Shown here piece after piece: positions 1-9,822 of a stretch of DNA of 64,000 nt. Source of the DNA: a virus (taxonomy: Duplodnaviria > Caudoviricetes); the IMG/VR virus record IMGVR_UViG_3300033067_000859, positions 15,157 through 79,156 of that record, one strand, 5' to 3'. The notes under the pieces were generated by a model. It worked only from the letters and a program-made list of their open reading frames with translations, did no database searches and was not told where the DNA came from. Position 1 is the stretch's first letter. The number at the start of each line of letters is the position of its first letter. A program made the translations under genes and the position numbers.

Positions 1-2
1 AC

Positions 3-332
3 ATGTACGACGATTACAAGGTTCATATCATCACTTGGGACACTAGTGTCTATAACCCGCAAGATTACAGTCCCGATTCGGCCGAGGATATTACTTCGTA
101 CGTGCCCGGAGGCGGCGGTGGAACTGATCCGCACTGTGTTTGGGAGTACCTCAAAGAAAACGAGATCGAGCCTAAGAAACTGATCATGTTTACTGACTAC
201 TGCTTCTTTGGATGGAGTCCAGAACAAGTACAAGACTACTGCGATACTATTTGGGTTATTAAAGGCAACCCAAGTGCAGAACCCGAGTTTGGTATTTGGG
301 CCCATTACGAAGAAGCCAAGAAGGGTAATTGA
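3..332 (+). CDS. C-terminal part of a VWA-domain protein (DUF2201-like), 5' truncated by the window
   Basis: Motifs ITWDT, GGGGTD and LIMFTD are typical of the C-terminal half of a VWA domain. Confidence 0.65.
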   Translation: MYDDYKVHIITWDTSVYNPQDYSPDSAEDITSYVPGGGGGTDPHCVWEYLKENEIEPKKLIMFTDYCFFGWSPEQVQDYCDTIWVIKGNPSAEPEFGIWAHYEEAKKGN

Positions 333-613
333 TGCTAGAGTTCCAGGTACTGGACCGAAGGCATAAAGGATACGGTACGTTTGCGTACCGTGTCACAGTA
401 GTAGGCGGTAACAAAAATACCAAGGCTGTTGAGTTTAATGCTTTACGGCTTTGGTGTTGGGAAACACTCGGGCCAAGTTGTGAGCGAGACTCGCACACAG
501 TTGTTTATCCAGATGCGCTATGGGCATGGCACATTGAGACTGACCACTACTTTGCACATATCTATATTGCCAACGACGAAACCGAATCACTTTTTAGACT
601 GAAATGGATGTAA
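329..613 (+). CDS. hypothetical protein
   Basis: Overlaps the stop of the previous gene; tightly packed operon. Confidence 0.6.
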   Translation: MMLEFQVLDRRHKGYGTFAYRVTVVGGNKNTKAVEFNALRLWCWETLGPSCERDSHTVVYPDALWAWHIETDHYFAHIYIANDETESLFRLKWM

Positions 614-912
614 AAATGGAACAAGTTGAACAAACCGAACAAGCCGAAATTGATAGCACCAAGCTTGTCAACCCTGCAGAAATTACCGAGCTTGAAAAAG
701 CGCAAGAACTTATTGCAAACTTGCAATCTCGCCTGCTTGCACGTGAACAGTGCCTAGACGATATTGCACGGGCAGTTGAGATTGCCGAAATTACTCGTCA
801 GTTTCAATTGGTAACTAGCTTCCGCGAAGCTGCTGAAGAAATGCTCAAAGAGCGTATTCAAGTGGATACGCAAGGCGAAGATCAAGACCTTAAAGTTCGG
901 ATTTTTGAATAA
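604..912 (+). CDS. hypothetical coiled-coil protein
   Basis: Glu/Gln-rich helical ORF packed in the operon; start could be 616. Confidence 0.65.
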   Translation: MDVKMEQVEQTEQAEIDSTKLVNPAEITELEKAQELIANLQSRLLAREQCLDDIARAVEIAEITRQFQLVTSFREAAEEMLKERIQVDTQGEDQDLKVRIFE

Positions 913-1208
913 TGCTCAAACACGGCGAAGTAAATTTGCTAGATGTATTTGACTTACGAAGGTTAGATCATTGCCCGCCGCACTTTGCTACAATCACTTT
1001 TGATTTGCGGGCAAATATGAAAGCCATCACTGACTGGATTTACGAAAATCTATCAGGTAGATTCTATGTTGGAGACCACTTTGATGTCGACGAAGTAGAT
1101 TCTAGTAGAGTTAAGATGCACAAGATAGTAGGCTTTGAGTTGCACGAAGAAGCCAGCTACTTTGGACTATTCTTACCCAACATCAATATCGTTAGCTACG
1201 ATTACTAA
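912..1208 (+). CDS. hypothetical protein
   Basis: TAATG stop/start overlap with the previous gene. Confidence 0.65.
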   Translation: MLKHGEVNLLDVFDLRRLDHCPPHFATITFDLRANMKAITDWIYENLSGRFYVGDHFDVDEVDSSRVKMHKIVGFELHEEASYFGLFLPNINIVSYDY

Positions 1209-1212
1209 AAAA

Positions 1213-1265
1213 ATATCTCCATCAGGCCTGTATCATTAAATATGTTTACAGTCTGATGGAGATAT
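1213..1265 (+). promoter_or_regulatory. RBS-sequestering hairpin with a late promoter (TTAAATA, 1236-1242) in its loop
   Basis: ATATCTCCATCAG (1213-1225) is the exact reverse complement of CTGATGGAGATAT (1253-1265); inner stem CTGTA/TACAG; the 3' arm contains SD GGAG ahead of ATG 1268. Confidence 0.75.
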
Positions 1266-1267
1266 CA

Positions 1268-1516
1268 ATGACAGATACCGCAAACTCTGAACAAGTTAGT
1301 TCAGATGCAAACACAAACCCCAATTTAAATATTGCCGACTTGGTTAATGTTCTTCAAGTAATTAGAACTTGCTCTAGTCGAGGCGCTTTTCGTGCCGACG
1401 AAATGAGTGCCGTTGGAGGCCTTTACGACAGGCTACAAGCATTTTTAGTAGCAACTGGTGCAGTGAAAGTTACCGAAGAAGGTGACAACGCTGCTACATC
1501 TAACACGGCAGCATAA
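1268..1516 (+). CDS. hypothetical protein (late-expressed)
   Basis: GGAG SD lies 6 nt before ATG 1268; the ORF track start 1256 is upstream of the SD. Confidence 0.7.
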   Translation: MTDTANSEQVSSDANTNPNLNIADLVNVLQVIRTCSSRGAFRADEMSAVGGLYDRLQAFLVATGAVKVTEEGDNAATSNTAA

Positions 1517-1525
1517 GGAGAATCT

Positions 1526-2209
1526 ATGTTAAAACATATTGGAAGACACGGCGATAAAAAAGTTGTCGTACTATACAGACAAGTTCCGGGCGAAGACCAT
1601 ATGTGTCTTGTAGTCTATAGCGACTTGCTACCACGAATCTATCATGACACGGTTATGACTGTGTTAGAAAGCCCCGTCGGTCAGCAGGCCGAAAGTTTAG
1701 CTGATGCAATTTTCAGAAGCATGATGCCCGATGGTATTAATGCACTGGAAGCGCTACACAAGAATGGTTTGATTAAGAAAATCAACACCAATCAAGTGAT
1801 CATGACACCAACTGCATCAAATACTGTTCGACTCGATGAGCTCAACGACATTTTGAACGAAATGAAAAAGGGCGAGGAAGCTATTAAGCGACTAGCAGAA
1901 ATGGACAAGAATACCGGGTTGGCCACAAAGCGTCGACCTGTGGAACCAAGAGAAGTTGGTGTCCCGCCTTCTAGTAGAACACAACCTGCCCAACAAACTG
2001 CCAGCTTTGATGGTGTTTTGTCCGATGAAGATCTAGCTCGTAGCAGAATTGCACAAGCAGAGATGATGAAGAAAAATGCTGCAACTATGTTAGCAGAAGC
2101 CGAGCGTCTTACAAAAGAAGCCGAAGATCTTAGTCCCACTATCACAACAACACTAAAAACCAATGTCGGAACAGCCAAAAAGAAAACGGCCAAGGTTAAA
2201 GAGGCTTAA
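1526..2209 (+). CDS. hypothetical protein
   Basis: Strong SD TAAGGAG; 227-aa ORF. Confidence 0.75.
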   Translation: MLKHIGRHGDKKVVVLYRQVPGEDHMCLVVYSDLLPRIYHDTVMTVLESPVGQQAESLADAIFRSMMPDGINALEALHKNGLIKKINTNQVIMTPTASNTVRLDELNDILNEMKKGEEAIKRLAEMDKNTGLATKRRPVEPREVGVPPSSRTQPAQQTASFDGVLSDEDLARSRIAQAEMMKKNAATMLAEAERLTKEAEDLSPTITTTLKTNVGTAKKKTAKVKEA

Positions 2210-2501
2210 CGTAACTGCCCGAGAAAAATGGAGTAAAATCCTAAAAGATGTTGAGAAGCGGGAAGTTCCTGTAACTCTTTTAGAAGCTATTTGCGTTCAT
2301 CTAATCGACGGCAGCGAAGTACACATCGAGATCAAGGAACTCCTTGACGAAGGGCTAACGCCAGACGAAATTGAGTTTATGCTCAACGAAAAGCTAGATG
2401 CATTAGACCATATTATCAAAGATGTTGACTTTTATGTCAACATCGACGATGTGGCTAAACTAGTACAACCAATTACCGATAGCTTTCTCAAGGACCTATA
2501 A
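2163..2501 (+). CDS. hypothetical protein
   Basis: Acidic protein-like ORF filling the gap before thyA; overlaps the previous gene. Confidence 0.65.
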   Translation: MSEQPKRKRPRLKRLNVTAREKWSKILKDVEKREVPVTLLEAICVHLIDGSEVHIEIKELLDEGLTPDEIEFMLNEKLDALDHIIKDVDFYVNIDDVAKLVQPITDSFLKDL

Positions 2502-2513
2502 CTTCTAATAGTA

Positions 2514-2542
2514 TTGCTGTCTGAGTATAAACCTAGTATAAT
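2514..2542 (+). promoter_or_regulatory. sigma70-type promoter for thyA
   Basis: TTGCTG (2514-2519), N17, TATAAT (2537-2542); ATG follows 6 nt later. Confidence 0.7.
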
Positions 2543-2548
2543 AAATCA

Positions 2549-3451
2549 ATGGAAAAACAATATTTAGATGCATTACAACACGTTTTAGATAACGGCGTTG
2601 AAAGACCGGACCGCACAGGCACCGGCACTATTAGCACGTTTGGGCTGCAACAACGATACGATTTACGCAAGGGCTTTCCGGCAGTGACTACAAAGAAACT
2701 AGCATGGAAAGCTGTCGTATCAGAATTGCTGTGGTTCATCGAAGGGTCAGGAGACGAAAATCGTCTGCGAGAGATTTTACATGGTAGCAGACAGTCTGAA
2801 AAGGCCACTATCTGGACTGGAAATGCCACAGCACCTTATTGGTCCCCAAAAGCTAAGTTTCCCGGAGACTTAGGCAGGGTGTACGGAGTGCAGTGGAGAC
2901 ACTGGCGCCAATACAACGAGCAAAAAGATATGGGCCCCGCACACTTAGGCGGGGTTAGGGTCGCAGCTGATAGAAGTGAAGTCGATCAATTAATAGATCT
3001 TATCGACGGCATTAAGCGGGACCCGCACGGACGACGACATATATTATCTGCATGGAACCCAGGTGAATTAGAAGCCATGGCCCTGCCACCGTGTCATATT
3101 CTTGCGCAATTTTACGTTGCCAATGGCCGGCTTAGCTGCCAAATGTATCAAAGAAGTTGTGACATGTTTTTAGGAGTTCCCTTCAACATCGCTAGCTATA
3201 GTTTGCTCACGCATCTTATCGCTCAAGTGTGCAATTTGGATGTTGGAGAGTTCGTTCACGTACTTGGTGATGCACACGTCTACCTAAATCATGTAGAGCA
3301 GGTTAAAGAACAATTGCAACGTGAACCCCTTCCTGCTCCACAACTTCGCCTTAACCCCGATATCAAAGACATCACAAAGTTCACTATGGAAGATATCGAG
3401 CTAGTGGGCTACACTAGCCATCCACCTATTAAAGCGGAGATGGCAGTATGA
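2549..3451 (+). CDS. thyA: thymidylate synthase
   Basis: DRTGTGT, TTKKL, catalytic LPPCH and [18 protein letters not shown] motifs. Confidence 0.97.
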   Translation: MEKQYLDALQHVLDNGVERPDRTGTGTISTFGLQQRYDLRKGFPAVTTKKLAWKAVVSELLWFIEGSGDENRLREILHGSRQSEKATIWTGNATAPYWSPKAKFPGDLGRVYGVQWRHWRQYNEQKDMGPAHLGGVRVAADRSEVDQLIDLIDGIKRDPHGRRHILSAWNPGELEAMALPPCHILAQFYVANGRLSCQMYQRSCDMFLGVPFNIASYSLLTHLIAQVCNLDVGEFVHVLGDAHVYLNHVEQVKEQLQREPLPAPQLRLNPDIKDITKFTMEDIELVGYTSHPPIKAEMAV

Positions 3452-4413
3452 AAATTCTAGTAACTGGTGGGTTTGGTCTTATCGGCCACAATGTAGTACA
3501 TCGACTAGAACAGCTAGGTCATGCAGTTACTGTGGTTGATATTAAAACAACATACGGTATTATTCCACAGACTGAAATTGACTATCTGATGAGAGAACGT
3601 CAAAAGAAACTTGGAGATTCAAAGTTCTATAACTATGATATCGCTAATGTGTGGCACATGAAATCTATTTTTGCCAAGGAACAGTTTGATCAAGTTATAC
3701 ACATGGCCAGCTTTCCTAGACAAAAGGTTGTTAACAACAATCCAGCATTAGGTGCTCGTACCATGATGGAAGGACTACTCAATCTGTTAGAGATGAGTCG
3801 AGAATACGGTGTCAAGAGATTCTTATATATTAGCTCTAGTATGGTTTATGGAGACTTCACCGACGATGTTACTGAAGACTATCATTGCAAGCCCCAGGGC
3901 CAATATGGCATTATGAAACTAGCGGGAGAAGACCTTGTTAAAGATTACAGTCGACGTGGCTGTTTTAGTCACACTATTATTAGGCCTAGTGCTGTTTACG
4001 GGCCACTTGATGTTGAAGACCGAGTCATCGCCAAATTCATGCTCACTGCCATGCGCGGCGGCGAACTCAAAGTTAACGGAGCAGGCGAAACACTTGACTT
4101 CACTTATGTTGAAGATGCAGCAGACGGCATCGTTGCGGCAGCATTGAGCAACAACACTAATAACAAAACGTACAACATTACAAAAAGTCATAGCCGCAGT
4201 TTACTAGATGCTGCGGAACTTGCTGTCAAGATTGTCGGAAAAGGCACTATTAAAGTTCGCGACAAAGATGCAGACTTTCCTAGCCGCGGCGCATTGAATA
4301 TTGATGCTGCACGTAGAGACTTCGAATACGATCCCAAAGTTGATGTTGAAGAAGGCTTCCAAAAGTACTATGATTGGCTCAGCAATTCAAGTTACTGGCA
4401 AACTCGTTTGTAA
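3448..4413 (+). CDS. NAD-dependent NDP-sugar epimerase/dehydratase (extended SDR)
   Basis: GGFGLIG Rossmann motif, SSSMVYG, YGIMK (YxxxK), RPSAVYGP and DFTYVED. Confidence 0.92.
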   Translation: MKILVTGGFGLIGHNVVHRLEQLGHAVTVVDIKTTYGIIPQTEIDYLMRERQKKLGDSKFYNYDIANVWHMKSIFAKEQFDQVIHMASFPRQKVVNNNPALGARTMMEGLLNLLEMSREYGVKRFLYISSSMVYGDFTDDVTEDYHCKPQGQYGIMKLAGEDLVKDYSRRGCFSHTIIRPSAVYGPLDVEDRVIAKFMLTAMRGGELKVNGAGETLDFTYVEDAADGIVAAALSNNTNNKTYNITKSHSRSLLDAAELAVKIVGKGTIKVRDKDADFPSRGALNIDAARRDFEYDPKVDVEEGFQKYYDWLSNSSYWQTRL

Positions 4414-4423
4414 TCCAGGCAGC

Positions 4424-5569
4424 ATGAACATTCCGTTCTTTGGTATTAAGCGCCAGTATCAAACCCTTAAAGACGAGATACTGGATGCTGTTAACGATGT
4501 ATACTCGTCGGGGCAAGTACTCGACGGGCCTTTCGTAGAAGAATTCGAAATGCAGATTGCAGGACGATGTCATAGAGAATATGCCGTTGCTGTTAATAGT
4601 TGCACCCAAGGACTAATATTTGCACAAACTGCATTAGGAATTAACCAACAATCGATCATCACTCCCACTGTCAGTTTTGCTGCAACGTTGAATTCGGTAT
4701 TGCTAGCAAATAATTTACCTGCATACTGCGATGTTGATAAACATGGGTTAATTAATTTAGAGTCACTTGGGTATAATCCCAAATCTCGTAAAATTCACAG
4801 CATGGTTTATGTTAACTTATTCGGCAACATCATCGATTACGACAAGCTCAAAGTAATTAATAATGTGTTCAACGACAACGAGTTAACTGTTATCGAAGAT
4901 GCCGCGCAAAGCTTTGGAGCTTACTACAAAGGAATCCCTAGTGGAAAGTTAGGAGACGTTAGTGTCCTAAGCTTTGATCCTACAAAAAATTTGCCCAATT
5001 ACGGATCCGGTGGTATGCTACTAACTGACGACTGGGAAGTGTATCGTGCCGCCAAAAACTTACGAGATAACGGTAAAGAAGACGATCACAATATAGCCGG
5101 CACAAATAGTAAGATGAGCGAAGCCGACTGTGCTAGCATGCTAGTCAAATTGAAACATTTCGATACTTGGCAAAAGCGAAGGACTGAGATTGCTGAATTT
5201 TATACAGACAATCTTAAGAACTATGTGCGGGTTACAGAAGTCAGTCCAGATGTTGATCATGCGTGGCACAAATTCCCAATTTGGTTTGACGACTCTGCAG
5301 AAATTATGAAAGGATTTCATACCTTTCCGGTGCGGCACAGTATAAAGCAATACCTTTCAGTAAACGGTATTGAAACTAAAATTCATTACGGTGCTACATT
5401 GCCCGATTTACCAGTAAATGCTGTAATGGAATTTCCAGAATTTCCAATAGCCAACAAACATACTAGAACTGAACTTAGTTTACCGATATACCCCGAACTT
5501 ACTGACCTCGAAGTTGAGTACGTGGTTGAACAAGTAATTGAGGGTATTTTTGCTGAAATAGATCGTTAA
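4424..5569 (+). CDS. DegT/DnrJ/EryC1/StrS family PLP-dependent sugar aminotransferase
   Basis: AVNSCT, IEDAAQSFG, SFDPTKNL (PLP lysine) and GTNSKM; start set to ATG 4424 (MNIPFF). Confidence 0.92.
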   Translation: MNIPFFGIKRQYQTLKDEILDAVNDVYSSGQVLDGPFVEEFEMQIAGRCHREYAVAVNSCTQGLIFAQTALGINQQSIITPTVSFAATLNSVLLANNLPAYCDVDKHGLINLESLGYNPKSRKIHSMVYVNLFGNIIDYDKLKVINNVFNDNELTVIEDAAQSFGAYYKGIPSGKLGDVSVLSFDPTKNLPNYGSGGMLLTDDWEVYRAAKNLRDNGKEDDHNIAGTNSKMSEADCASMLVKLKHFDTWQKRRTEIAEFYTDNLKNYVRVTEVSPDVDHAWHKFPIWFDDSAEIMKGFHTFPVRHSIKQYLSVNGIETKIHYGATLPDLPVNAVMEFPEFPIANKHTRTELSLPIYPELTDLEVEYVVEQVIEGIFAEIDR

Positions 5570-6578
5570 GCCAAGCCCAATCATAGCTTAACATCAACTT
5601 ACTAAATTCTCCATTAGAATTATTGTAATAATCTACAGCGTCCTCTGCTCCCCTAATGCTCCAAATGCCGTGCTGACCGATATTTACAGTTAGCCAAGTT
5701 TGTAATCTTGCAATTGACTCATCACTGCCATTGTGCTGCAACTTTATGCACTCCCTAAAAGCAGTGCGCCAAGTGACGATAGGGTCTTGATTGTATCTAG
5801 CAACCCCGGATAGTATAGGAACAAGATCATGAGGTTTAGTCATGACAAAGTCCAGTCCAGTATGTTCAGTACTGAGGGTTAATGTCTTGCTGTACGCAAT
5901 CATAGCCATATGCCCGTACTCTAAATTATTAACTGGATTACGGGCGTTGAATATGTAATGCCTAGGTCCTTTAGTAGGATCTGCATGCCAAGTCCAATCA
6001 AAATTAGGATTAACTTCCAACTTGGCAAATACTGCAAAAAACCAAGCTGTGGTACTTATACTGGCGGCTGCACGATATGCGGCACTGCGGCCGTCTATTC
6101 TGTCTATTCTGTGTATTTTATTGCCTGTTTTTACAGTTTTCAGCAAGTGTTGGTAGTGTTTTTCGGCATCAGGTTCCCCGTTGCTAATGTAGACTATATC
6201 TAACAGTTTGCTGTCTGTCTTAAGTTCTGTGCTTGTAAAGTGTAGATTAGGAAAGCCCTCTAAGTACTCGTATTCTGCCGGAATCAAGTTAGTATGATAC
6301 TTGCTAACTAGCCAAGTATTGGCCCCCATTACTTGCATATAGGGTTCTAGCCCTTTCTCACTGTATTTCTCAAATTCAAAATTGCTATAATCAGTTAAGC
6401 TACTAACTACCCAAAAATAATTTTGATCAGATAGCTGTGCGCAAATTCTTACAGTCTCTGCTAGACTGTTGCCAATGTTGATCCTAAATACATTAGGATA
6501 CCGTGAGCATAATGCCCAGTAGCGTTTGTCCGATTCTGAGTTTTTCCAATCTAGGAAATAAATGTTATGCAAGTTCAT
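5499..6578 (-). CDS. glycosyltransferase-like protein (GT-A-like, DxD position degenerate)
   Basis: Paralogous to 8580-9500 (YISNGEP, ARNPVNNLEYG, WRTAFRE) but reads VFAKL where the paralogue has IDGDN. Confidence 0.55.
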   Translation of the reverse strand: MNLHNIYFLDWKNSESDKRYWALCSRYPNVFRINIGNSLAETVRICAQLSDQNYFWVVSSLTDYSNFEFEKYSEKGLEPYMQVMGANTWLVSKYHTNLIPAEYEYLEGFPNLHFTSTELKTDSKLLDIVYISNGEPDAEKHYQHLLKTVKTGNKIHRIDRIDGRSAAYRAAASISTTAWFFAVFAKLEVNPNFDWTWHADPTKGPRHYIFNARNPVNNLEYGHMAMIAYSKTLTLSTEHTGLDFVMTKPHDLVPILSGVARYNQDPIVTWRTAFRECIKLQHNGSDESIARLQTWLTVNIGQHGIWSIRGAEDAVDYYNNSNGEFSKLMLSYDWAWLNDLFQQKYPQLLVQPRTQLRGQ

Positions 6579-7627
6579 TTATGACTGTCGTTAAACTTTA
6601 CTATGTCTAATAGCTCTTGGGCTGTATAATCTGAATGCAATTTGCTGCCATCGTTAATGTCTCTCAAGGGAACCATGTCAAAGGATATCTTTGACTTTAA
6701 CTCATGCCCCAACTGCTCGTATCCAGACTGTTGTTTCATACTTTCAACAAAATCAATACTCGATTGCACGCCACCAGGCTTAGTCATAAGTTTAACTATA
6801 AAATGTGACAGCTTACTAGTCCCGGCAATCATTAGCTCAACGACTTTAAGGTAATTTTTAGCAAACAGTGCCGGTTTCATGAACTCAAAATGAGCACTAA
6901 AGATTAGCGTATTGTAATTATCTGCATTCTTTTGCCAATATGAGGGGCCTTGACTTGCATTGGTTACTAACATGACCCATTGGTTTCTGTCGGATAGATA
7001 TTGAATGAATGGCTCAAAGTCTGGGTTCAGTGTAGGCTCCCCTCCGCCAAAGTACCAGTTAATTTTTTCGCCGCCGGCCCATTTATCGATAATATAGTCG
7101 GCAGATTTTACTAATACAGACAAACTCTTATGTTCGTCTGTGGTATTATGAACTCCGGGCCAGCAGTAGCTACAATCGTAGTTACATCGGCGACTAATAT
7201 CCCACAACACTTGCTTGGGCAGTTCGTAGCCAGTCCTAACTGACGTAATCTCTTTAAGTTCCTGTATTTGAATAGTGGGCTTTTGTAACTGTGGGCTATT
7301 GCCATTTTTCCATTTGGTAATAACAATGTCAGCGCCACATCCACAACTAGCGATAGGACAAACTACCCCATTGGCTGGTAACTTAAACTCGTCACTTATT
7401 TGACCCAAATATCCCCACTTGGGCGTTTTAGAAAATGTAATTCGCTGGGCCGAAGGTGTACTAGCACAATTTGCTATCCAGACGCCCCCATCAAAATCAA
7501 TGTATAGGTTTTGCACCCCGGCCTGACAGTTCCAGCCCTGAAATTGATTGAGCTGCATAGATACTAGATCTTCTAAACTAGCCTCGGCTGTGCCATGTAT
7601 GCCACTAACTAGTAGCTGCTTGGTCAT
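6575..7627 (-). CDS. radical SAM protein with an N-terminal SPASM/twitch-like Cys domain
   Basis: CNYDCSYC, GGGEP and VTNAS; N-terminus has CQAG-IDFDG-C..CPIASCGC. Confidence 0.88.
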   Translation of the reverse strand: MTKQLLVSGIHGTAEASLEDLVSMQLNQFQGWNCQAGVQNLYIDFDGGVWIANCASTPSAQRITFSKTPKWGYLGQISDEFKLPANGVVCPIASCGCGADIVITKWKNGNSPQLQKPTIQIQELKEITSVRTGYELPKQVLWDISRRCNYDCSYCWPGVHNTTDEHKSLSVLVKSADYIIDKWAGGEKINWYFGGGEPTLNPDFEPFIQYLSDRNQWVMLVTNASQGPSYWQKNADNYNTLIFSAHFEFMKPALFAKNYLKVVELMIAGTSKLSHFIVKLMTKPGGVQSSIDFVESMKQQSGYEQLGHELKSKISFDMVPLRDINDGSKLHSDYTAQELLDIVKFNDSHK

Positions 7628-8580
7628 TTTTCAACCTTCACCTTAGTACTCATAATGTCAAAGTTACAGTGACACATGATTTTGTTGCATCTGATAGGTT
7701 CTGTAGGAAAGTTAATTACTGCATCATGTATACTACCAATACGCTCACCAACTTTGCACCAACCGCGATGTATACTGCCATCCATGTCAACGATTAGTTG
7801 CTCGACCCCGGCAAAACAGTCCCATCCGTACCAATTATTTTTGCCATGTGCAATAAATTCGTGCGGTGGAATAATTTTCCCCGGGCCAGTAGGATGTATT
7901 ACTTGCATGGCCCCGCGATAGTTTTCCATGCGTTTAGTCCATTTAATCTTACTGCCAATTAGTCCCCATTGATTTGCTAGGACAGTTTTTTGATCTTCGC
8001 TGTAATCGTACAATGTATCCCCAAAGTCATGAATCAATGGCTGTAATGCAATACTGGTATTTTCTAGAGAGGTTGCCCGCTGTGCTACTTGGAAACAATG
8101 ATCAAACTTTTCAGGACTCATCATGATATTCAAGTGTAACCTAAACTTGTTTTCTAAAATTTTAGCCACAGCTAGATAGTGATCCGCATCGGCTTCTTCG
8201 GGATGGAAACTCAAACAAACATGATCAAATAAGTGAGCGTTTTCCTCCCACCAACGCAATGTTCTACCGCCATTGCTAATCATGCCAACTCGAACCCCTT
8301 GTTCTTTACAGAACTCGCATAATTCAATAAAATGGCGATATAAAGTAACTTCGCCACCAGTAAAGTCAAAATACAACTTCTTATCACTATGATGCTCTTT
8401 TACTTTCATAATGAATTGCTTAATAGTGTCTAACTCTGGCCATCGCTTAGATCCATCATGCAAATCTGTAGGGCAATAGCTGCAACTGTAATTGCAAGTG
8501 TTGCCCAAACACCAATTTACAACAAACCAATCATTGTATGCTTGTTCTCCGTGTACTAACCTGATATAATCTTTTTTCAT
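7624..8580 (-). CDS. radical SAM protein with a C-terminal SPASM/twitch-like domain
   Basis: CNYSCSYC, TGGEVT and ISNG; C-terminus has CFAG-VDMDG-C..CNKIMCHC. Confidence 0.9.
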   Translation of the reverse strand: MKKDYIRLVHGEQAYNDWFVVNWCLGNTCNYSCSYCPTDLHDGSKRWPELDTIKQFIMKVKEHHSDKKLYFDFTGGEVTLYRHFIELCEFCKEQGVRVGMISNGGRTLRWWEENAHLFDHVCLSFHPEEADADHYLAVAKILENKFRLHLNIMMSPEKFDHCFQVAQRATSLENTSIALQPLIHDFGDTLYDYSEDQKTVLANQWGLIGSKIKWTKRMENYRGAMQVIHPTGPGKIIPPHEFIAHGKNNWYGWDCFAGVEQLIVDMDGSIHRGWCKVGERIGSIHDAVINFPTEPIRCNKIMCHCNFDIMSTKVKVEK

Positions 8581-9500
8581 TATTGATCCATTATGTTTTT
8601 GTTGCGATGCAATTGCACGTAATATCGTTTCCAGAATTCACTTTGCTGTGCATTCATGTCTATCACTGGCATGTTTAATTGTGTTCTTAGTGCATGACTC
8701 ATTTCATGATAAAATACTTTTCTTTCTGCAAAAGACTTTGCATTATGCTCGGCAAATATTCTATTTAATGCGTCAAAATCTTGAACTTCTTTGTAGTCCC
8801 AATCCGGTTTGAGCATGACCATGTATGTTCCTAATCTTGCACCATAAATTGCCCAGGCGCCGTGTTCTACGTCAGCACCAATACTGTGCCAAATATTGAG
8901 ATACTCAATATTTTTATGCATTGTCATTGTTTTAAATTCGGGTATACCCACACGTCGGCCACGTGACAGAGTCATTTTTACACCCTCGCGGAATCCGGCA
9001 CGAAATGCATGTAACGGACTTCCATTAGGATATGTTGTCGAGTAACAATTACCTAGAGGTTTATACAAAGGGTCAAAACAAAATTCAACTACAGTCTCAT
9101 TTCTGCCATCACTAGATTCATGTGTTCGCATCGTATTGATGTAGTTCTTAGTCCAGCAACTAATGCCCCCGTTGCCATACATGAGTCCGTTGATGTGGTT
9201 GCGGGCACGCCATCTAAATACACATTGATTGGTGTCATCTGTTAGATGCAATGTCTTATCAAAGAAGTCAAACTCTGGAAGATTGTCCCCGTCTATTAAA
9301 ATAAATCTATCGGTTGTACTTGCGGCCGCCGCGGCCTTGTGTGCAGCATCGCTGCCTTTTACTCCGTCAACTCGAACGGCCCACGGAATTCGATTTTTGA
9401 TCTCTAGCCAAAATTTTTCTTTTTGTGGTTCGTCGTACGACAAATACACACAATCTAAATCTGCAATACTTACATCAGCCATTATAGTAATCCCATTCAT
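8580..9500 (-). CDS. glycosyltransferase-like protein (GT-A fold, DxD)
   Basis: YLSYDEP, IDGDN DxD motif, ARNHINGLMYGNGG and FRAGFRE; start may be 9482. Confidence 0.6.
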   Translation of the reverse strand: MNGITIMADVSIADLDCVYLSYDEPQKEKFWLEIKNRIPWAVRVDGVKGSDAAHKAAAAASTTDRFILIDGDNLPEFDFFDKTLHLTDDTNQCVFRWRARNHINGLMYGNGGISCWTKNYINTMRTHESSDGRNETVVEFCFDPLYKPLGNCYSTTYPNGSPLHAFRAGFREGVKMTLSRGRRVGIPEFKTMTMHKNIEYLNIWHSIGADVEHGAWAIYGARLGTYMVMLKPDWDYKEVQDFDALNRIFAEHNAKSFAERKVFYHEMSHALRTQLNMPVIDMNAQQSEFWKRYYVQLHRNKNIMDQ

Positions 9501-9822
9501 CTACTTCGCCAGTGTAGTTATCGCTAACTGCAAAGATCATATTATTTTTTAGTGTTTTAAATTTTCCACCAGACTGGAGAATTATCTTTTTAAACTTCGG
9601 AACCCGTTTGACTCTACCTAGTATGCCATTGTCTACTCGAAAATGTTCACAAACATCAATACTGTTATAAGTATCCTGGTCAACTTCTATTGATGGCAAA
9701 TTGTTGTGGTCTAATCCGTCTGATTTACTTATGCAAATGCCTGTGTCGGGATCGTAATAAACCCTGAAGACATATACATGAGTTACTTTATTGATTATGG
9801 GTCGTCTTGTAAAGGGTTTCAT
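9475..9822 (-). CDS. hypothetical protein
   Basis: Fills the gap in the operon, overlapping both neighbours. Confidence 0.6.
   Translation of the reverse strand: MKPFTRRPIINKVTHVYVFRVYYDPDTGICISKSDGLDHNNLPSIEVDQDTYNSIDVCEHFRVDNGILGRVKRVPKFKKIILQSGGKFKTLKNNMIFAVSDNYTGEVDEWDYYNG

Noticed and set aside
2549-3451. dCMP hydroxymethylase for DNA hypermodification, or an intron-split td gene
   Set aside because: It keeps the dUMP-specifying Asn in PFNIASY, and the ORF is continuous.
4301-4423. N-terminal extensions given by the ORF track (also 11467-11526, 38091-38153, 53007-53036, 55431-55448 and 56893-56910)
   Set aside because: They overlap neighbouring genes or promoters. Downstream ATGs fit SD or promoter positions and family N-termini better.
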